This document shows, piece after piece, positions 58,174 through 64,000 of a stretch of 64,000 nucleotides of DNA. Position 1 is the first letter of the stretch, and each line of letters begins with the position of its first letter. Below the pieces are notes generated by a model. It did not search any database. It had not been told where the DNA came from and saw only the letters and a list, made by a program, of their open reading frames with translations. Location: NCBI GenBank assembly GCA_964019425.1, contig OZ025800.1, positions 930,001 through 994,000 of the forward strand, read 5' to 3'. The DNA comes from Flectonema sp. DT1601 (lineage: Eukaryota). The position numbers were made by a program, and so were the translations under genes.

Positions 58174-60018
58174 CTTTGTGCTTTAGCTGTTTTTTTAAAA
58201 CTTTGTGGAGCTGGCTATTTTTTAAAACTTTGTGTGTGGAGCTGGCTATTTTTTAAAACTTTGTGCGTGGAGCTGGCTGTTTTTTTGAAACTTTGTGCAT
58301 GGAGCTGGCAGTTTTTTTGAAACTTTGTGCGTGGAGCTGGCTGTTTTTTTGAAACTTTGTGCGTGGAGCCGGCTGTTTTTTTGAAACTTTGTGTGTGGAG
58401 CTGGCTGTTTTTTTGAAAATTTTTGTGTGGAGCTGGCTATTTTTTAAAACTTTGTGTGTAGAACTGGCAGTTTTTTTAAAACTTTGTGCGTGGAGCTGGC
58501 TGTTTTTTTGAAAATTTGTTTGTGGAGCTGGCTATTTTTTAAAACTTTGTGTGTGGAGCTGGCTGTTTCTTTGAAACTTTTTGCGTGGAGCCGGCTGTTT
58601 TTTTGAAACTTTGTGTGTGGAGCTGGCTGTTTTTTTGAAACTTTGTGTGTGGAGCTGGCTGTTTTTTTGAAACTTTGTGTGGAGCTAGCTGTTTTTTAAA
58701 ACTTTGTGTGTTGAGCTGGCTGTATTTTTGAAACTTTGTGTGTGGAGCCGTCTGTTTTTTCGAAACTTTGTGTGTGGAGCTGGCTATTTTTTAAAACTTT
58801 GTGCGTGGAGCTGGCTGTTTTTTTGAAACTTTGTGCATGGAGCTGGCAGTTTTTTTGAAACTTTGTGCGTGGAGCTGGCTGTTTTTTTGAAACTTTGTGC
58901 GTGGAGCTGGCAGTTTTTTTGAAACTTTGTGTGTGGAGCTGGCTGTTTTTTTGAAAATTTTTGTGTGGAGCTGGCTATTTTTTAAAACTCTGTGTGTGGA
59001 GCTGGCTGTATTTTTGAAACTTTGTGCGTGGAGCTGGCTGTTTTTTTGAAACTTTGTGTGTGGAGCTGGCTGTTTTTTTGAAACTTTGTGCGTGGAGCTG
59101 GCTGTTTTTTTGAAACTTTGTGTGTGGAGCTGGCTGTTTTTTTGAAAATTTTTGTGTGGAGCTGGCTATTTTTTAAAACTCTGTGTGTGGAGCTGGCTGT
59201 ATTTTTGAAACTTTGTGCGTGGAGCTGGCTGTTTTTTTGAAACTTTGTGTGTGGAGCTGGCTGTTTTTTTGAAACTTTGTGTGTGGAGCTGGCTATTTTT
59301 TAAAACTCTGTGTGGAGCTGGCTGTTTATTAAAACTTTGTGTGGAGCTGGCTGTATTTTTGAAACTTTGTGCGTGGAGCTGGCTATTTTTTTGAAAATTT
59401 GTGTGGAGCTGGCTGTTTATTAAAACTTTGTGTGTGGAGCTGGTTGTTTTTTAAAACTTTGTGTGTGGAGCTGGTTGTTTTTTTGAAACTTTGTGTGTGG
59501 AGCTGGCTGTTTTTGAAAATTTGTGTGGAGCTGGCTGTTTATTAAAACTTTGTGTGGAGCTGGCTGTTTTTGAAAATTTGTGCGTGGAGCTGGCTATTTT
59601 TTTGAAAATTTGTGTGGAGCTGGCTGTTTATTAAAACTTTGTGTGTGGAGCTGGTTGTTTTTTAAAACTTTGTGTGTGGAGCTGGTTGTTTTTTTGAAAC
59701 TTTGTGTGTGGAGCTGGCTGTTTTTGAAAATTTGTGTGGAGCTGGCTGTTTATTAAAACTTTGTGTGGAGCTGGCTGTTTTTGAAAATTTGTGCGTGGAG
59801 CTGGCTATTTTTTTGAAAATTTGTGTGGAGCTGGCTGTTTATTAAAACTTTGTGTGGAGCTGGTTGTTTTTTGAAACTTTGTGAGTGGAGCCGGCTGTTT
59901 TTTCGAAACTTTGTGTGGAGCTGGTTGTTTTTTAGAATTTTGTGTGTGGAGCTGGCTGTTTTTTTGAAACTTTGTGTGTGGAGCTGGCTATTTTTTTTGA
60001 AAATTTGTGTGTGGAGAG
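58174..60018. repeat. Right satellite block (32-bp unit, more diverged at the edge)
   Basis: Same unit and orientation. Variants such as GGTTG and TTTATTAAAAC become frequent after ~59300. Confidence 0.95.
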
Positions 60019-60080
60019 AAGATGTGTTTGGCTAACATTCATAAAGTCTTACTGTGGGACTTGTCTTGTTGTTGTTAATT

Positions 60081-60768
60081 TGAGGCGATCGGCAGGGGTG
60101 GAGGTTTCACGAATTTTCACGTCACGAGTTGTCACTACCTATCACGAAAATTCACGAAAATTCACTGCCAAAAACATGGTGAAAAATTGTGAATTTTCGT
60201 GAATTTTGATATTGAGATTTGTGGTTTGGTAAAAAAAACTACTCAGGGGGGGCCCGAACTGCATTGCTTCGTAGTTGTCATCGGTGCTTGTTAATCCTAT
60301 CGTTCTCTACAGTTTATTGTGGTAATGCATTCACATGGCTCTCGTAAGAGTAACAGTGCAACTTCGCGATTCCTTGCCAGCAGAGATCTTGCTGTATGTG
60401 ACTAGCAGATCAAAGCTGTTAGATGTATTGGGTGGTATGGGACTAGAAGTTGAAGATGACTTGGAGGTTAGGGCTAGTGTTGCTGGCATGGAGCTGGGCA
60501 CAAGCGATGCCCATTTAGTTGTCAAAGTGACATGTATGGCAAACTGAACAGGTTTGACATCGCACAGCACACCAGCACCAACGGTACCATCTGGATATCA
60601 CTCACTTTTTTCACTAGAATTCACACATTTTCACACATTTTCACGGGATTTCACTACCAGAGAGCAGCAAAAAATTAAGTGAAAAATCGTGAAAAATTGT
60701 GAAAAATCGTGAATTTTTGTGTAGCAAAGTGAAAAATCGTGAACACCTCCACCCTGCCGATCGCCTCA
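60081..60768. mobile_element. 688-bp MITE with TG..CA termini and a 5-bp TSD
   Basis: TIR TGAGGCGATCGGCAGGG(G)TGGAGGT / ACCTCCACCCTGCCGATCGCCTCA. TSD TAATT at 60076-60080 and 60769-60773. Subterminal TTCAC/GTGAA repeats. Confidence 0.85.
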
Positions 60769-60862
60769 TAATTTCCCATCCGCCTGAGGGAATCCATAAA
60801 CCGCGGTCTTTACACTGTTGCCAGTGTGTTTATGGCCTTCGTCGCTGTTGGAAGTCCCCTCA

Positions 60863-60894
60863 CCGCTCTATGGCATCAACATGCCATAGAGCGG
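60863..60894. other. Perfect 14-bp stem-loop
   Basis: CCGCTCTATGGCAT-CAAC-ATGCCATAGAGCGG, ~65 nt 3' of the minus-strand ORF stop at 60960. Confidence 0.9.
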
Positions 60895-60959
60895 CAAGTG
60901 ATTAATGGACCATAGCTGAGCCTTGGGAACTCAGATTTGGGTTTAGACTAAAAAAGAAA

Positions 60960-62114
60960 TTATCGCCATGGCTTTCTTGTAGGAGCTGGCATCAAGCCTG
61001 ATTTCTGTGGCGTTTGCATCTTGTAGCGCTTTCGGGGCGTCGGTGTTGCTGTAACCCTCCGAAGCTTCTCCTTCTGCAACTTTCGAGGGAGCAACATTGT
61101 CTTTTCTGTCTTTTCCCTTGACTGTTTGGTGTCATCGGGGGTCATCTGTTGATGTAATGGGGTCTGCAGTTGTTCGTGCGACTCTGAAGGTGTGTCTGCT
61201 TGACGTTTTGGAGTGTCAAACAGGCATCTTCTGTTTACATCGTTTGTCTCTTCATCTGGTATTGCCGTGCGCTTCCCGTTCTCATTTGGAAAGTCTGCTG
61301 GGTGACTTGTGATACCTGATCCAAGATCATCTAATAACACCGGTGAAACTCGCGAAGGAGGGAAGATTACTACTTTCTTACTACTTTCTAATGGTGTTTC
61401 ATTCCCAAAAATCGCTCCGATGTCAAAACCATCTTGTTGAATTGTTTCAGTTGTAATGTACAAAGTTGGTGGGGTTGGTGGATGCAAAAGTGTCAGTTCC
61501 ATCGACGCGCACAGGACTGGTTTACTTGCCTGTCGTTGGCAGCTCACATTTGACATTACAAATAACCTCGGTGGAGTCGGTTGGAGTTGTTGGTATGACT
61601 GTGACGTAACACGCAACCTTTGCTGATGTTGAGGCTGGCTTGTCACTGTAATATATTCAAAGAGAGGTTGTCTCGTGGTTTGCGAGAAGGCATCGAGAAC
61701 CTGACTCACAAACTTAAATTGCTGTGTTGTTTGACTTGTAACAGACAATGTTGGCAGAGATGGTCGGGCTTGTTTTGTTAGTTCAGTTGTGACAAATAGT
61801 TCTGACAAACTCCGATAAGTTTGAGACGATGCATGCCACTTTTGTGATTGTGGTTGCGTTGTCATTAAAATATACTCATAAAGACGCTGTCCTGATGTCT
61901 GTGAGAACACATCATGAACCTGTCTGGTGGAGCATACAGTCCCTGCTGATCTACTTCGTGGCTTATGTATCCACTTTATCGAAGTAGACTCAGAAAGTTC
62001 AGCGTTGTAGAATTTTCTACTGAACTCTGCCTCTCTCTTTGCATCGAGTCTGTGGATCTCCGTCTGTGTCACAGCACTCAAGCATTGTGGTACAGATTGC
62101 GTTTCTGTTTCCAC
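60960..62114 (-). CDS. Disordered T/S/Q-rich protein with repeated TQT/SQT-like motifs; 5' end disrupted (possible pseudogene)
   Basis: Long open frame with VTQT, FSQT (x2), SSQT, TSQT and an internal duplication (DxFSQT..QxLxEYI.xTxQPQ). No in-frame ATG at the start; the nearest upstream ATG is out of frame. Confidence 0.55.
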   Translation of the reverse strand: METETQSVPQCLSAVTQTEIHRLDAKREAEFSRKFYNAELSESTSIKWIHKPRSRSAGTVCSTRQVHDVFSQTSGQRLYEYILMTTQPQSQKWHASSQTYRSLSELFVTTELTKQARPSLPTLSVTSQTTQQFKFVSQVLDAFSQTTRQPLFEYITVTSQPQHQQRLRVTSQSYQQLQPTPPRLFVMSNVSCQRQASKPVLCASMELTLLHPPTPPTLYITTETIQQDGFDIGAIFGNETPLESSKKVVIFPPSRVSPVLLDDLGSGITSHPADFPNENGKRTAIPDEETNDVNRRCLFDTPKRQADTPSESHEQLQTPLHQQMTPDDTKQSREKTEKTMLLPRKLQKEKLRRVTATPTPRKRYKMQTPQKSGLMPAPTRKPWR

Positions 62115-62293
62115 ATAAGTCTTAGCCTTTGCCTGTTGAGCAGCAAGCCTAAGCCAACCTGACTCAGTCTTTTCTTCAATTAGCGATTGCTTTCACATCT
62201 TTCACAGATTTCATTGATTGGTCGTTGAACAAAATTATTTCGGTTTTAAAAACTTTACTTTTCTGTTTTTCAGGATATTCTTACATCCCACAA

Positions 62294-63196
62294 ATGCCAA
62301 AACGAATTGGTAAATACGAGTTAGGAGTTGTCCTAGGAGAAGGCAATTTTAGTAAAGTTAGAGAAGGAGTTGATATTGAGTCTAAGAGACAGTATGCAAT
62401 TAAAATAGTAGACAAGGGACTTCTGGAGAAGGGGCATATGGAACAGCAATTAAAGAGAGAAATAGCTATAATGAAACTTTTAGATCACGAGAATGTCTTA
62501 CAGATGAGAGATGTGTTGCAAACAAGCAAAAATATATACTTAATTCTCGACTTGCTTACTGGAGATCTCTTTTACAAGCTGAATGACGCAAAGTGGTTCG
62601 ATGAAAAAACAGCTCTCTGTTATTTCCAGCAGTTGATTGCTGGTCTTAATTACCTTCATGGACAAGGTATCGCTCACAGGGATTTGAAACCTGAAAATTT
62701 GCTTCTTACGGATGACGGTCAGTTAAAAATTGCGGATTTCGGTTTCAGTCGATTGCTTCATAATAAGCAAATGTTGCTTACAGTTTGTGGAACTCCTAAT
62801 TACATGGCTCCTGAAGTTCTTAAAGAAAGTGGGTACGATGGTAAAATAGCTGATATATGGTCTTGTGGAGTGATCCTGTATGCTATGCTTGCTGGCTATC
62901 TTCCCTTCGATGATGAGAAAATTTCAAACTTGTGTAAGAGTATTTCAGTGGGTTCTTATCGCGTCTCAAGAAAGTTCTCTCCTAACGCTGTTTCGATAAT
63001 TAAAGGAACACTGACTGTGAATCCTAATAATAGAATTACGATAACAGAAATAATCAACCACCAATTCTTTAGACCGGGTTGTAATGATGAAAAATTTGCA
63101 AAAAAGCGGCAGGTGCACCCCACCGAAACGCAAGTAAACAGCGCTTTCACAAACGCACATCTTGTAAACAGTCCTCCTCCTGTGGCATGTGCTTGA
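62294..63196 (+). CDS. Ser/Thr protein kinase, CAMK group (SNF1/CIPK-like), C-terminally short
   Basis: GEGNFSKV, YAIK, HRDLKPEN, DFG, CGTPNYMAPE, DIWSCGV. ATG at 62294 after the acceptor-like TTCTGTTTTTCAG (62273). Confidence 0.9.
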   Translation: MPKRIGKYELGVVLGEGNFSKVREGVDIESKRQYAIKIVDKGLLEKGHMEQQLKREIAIMKLLDHENVLQMRDVLQTSKNIYLILDLLTGDLFYKLNDAKWFDEKTALCYFQQLIAGLNYLHGQGIAHRDLKPENLLLTDDGQLKIADFGFSRLLHNKQMLLTVCGTPNYMAPEVLKESGYDGKIADIWSCGVILYAMLAGYLPFDDEKISNLCKSISVGSYRVSRKFSPNAVSIIKGTLTVNPNNRITITEIINHQFFRPGCNDEKFAKKRQVHPTETQVNSAFTNAHLVNSPPPVACA

Positions 63197-64000
63197 ATGT
63201 ACCTCGTAAGTTGGATTTTAAAAATAGACACTTTGTCTGTTGGTGTTTTCAATTTGGATTGAGGCTGCCAATTATTTTAGTTGTCATACTCACATGAAAT
63301 TATGTGAATGGTGTTTTGTTAAATTACAACATCTATTTAGAAGGGTAATTAAGTTCTACTTTCTCCTTCTTCACTTTGCCGTGTAATAGTTACCGTAGCT
63401 TTTTCTTAAAAAAAAAACTGCTAACTTGCTGAAATCACGGATTTTATGTTTATTTTCCCCCAATACCTAATGTACTTTTGTACATTAATTTATTTCTAAT
63501 TAATATTTTGTTTAATAAAACTCACATTTTTCATCGCAACTTGTTGTATTTTCTTTTTCAGGCTGTCATTTTGTCTTTTTTTCCACTTTGGTTAGTAATT
63601 TCAGAGATTAATATTTTTTAATGAGATCAGGTTCAGTGTTTGCTATTTAATGAAGTCACTTGGAATATTATCGCGCGGCGCTGATATTCCAGAAATCTGA
63701 GCAAAATAAAGCCAGTAACAAACTCTTTGCAAGAGAAGTATCATTCGTGCGGAAAAAAAAAAAAAAAACCTGCGCTATTTTTTTTCTGCACGTTATTAAT
63801 TAAGCATGCCAAGTTCAGTACTATGTTACTTGCTTGGGTATTACTGCATTTTTTTTTTCCCTTCTTTTTTTGATCCTTTTTTTTTTTTTACCTGAATGTT
63901 ATTATTATAAATAAAGATTGTTGCGACGAAGCCGCTTGTTGTCCTTTCACAACCCTCCCATATCCTTTATTTTTCTTTGTCATAAAGCAGTAGTTTTTAG

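Noticed and set aside
36616..60018. CRISPR array suggested by the ~32-bp periodicity
   Set aside because: Units are head-to-tail with no unique spacers, no cas genes are present, and the context is eukaryotic.
36812..60035. Dozens of short ORFs (CVELAVFLKL / QKNSQLHAQ types)
   Set aside because: They are translations of the satellite with no independent coding evidence.

Overview
Eukaryotic protist DNA, most likely a euglenozoan (diplonemid-like). This is inferred from a BILBO1-family gene, a unidirectional gene cluster, putative trans-splice acceptors and short GT-AG cis-introns. From 1 to 27.7 kb there are 13 host genes, all on the minus strand: LRR protein, miniature Erv/ALR-like protein, BILBO1-like, Rab6, PDK/BCKDK, SAM methyltransferase, TM-RING, a UEV-UFD1-UBX-CUE fusion, TBC-FYVE and several hypotheticals. 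From 27.8 to 62.2 kb lies a host-gene-free repeat block at a divergent strand switch. It contains a decayed Polinton/adintovirus-type packaging ATPase, ~18 kb of a 30-32 bp satellite with kb-scale higher-order duplications, and a MULE-like TIR element (9-bp TSD) with inward-facing tRNA-like cassettes that hosts an apparently intact full-length LINE. It also holds a foldback-like hairpin array with a nested Sola transposon, a TG..CA MITE and a TQT/SQT-rich ORF. A plus-strand CAMK/CIPK-like kinase follows. The most striking object is the LINE. ORF1 and the APE-RT-RNaseH ORF2 are in the same frame, separated by one UGA in the readthrough context UGA-CUAG. A 2A StopGo peptide (DVERNPGP) follows with no AUG in between, and the RT carries a PDZ-like insertion. 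The whole block is a candidate centromere. All family assignments come from reading motifs by eye; no searches were run.
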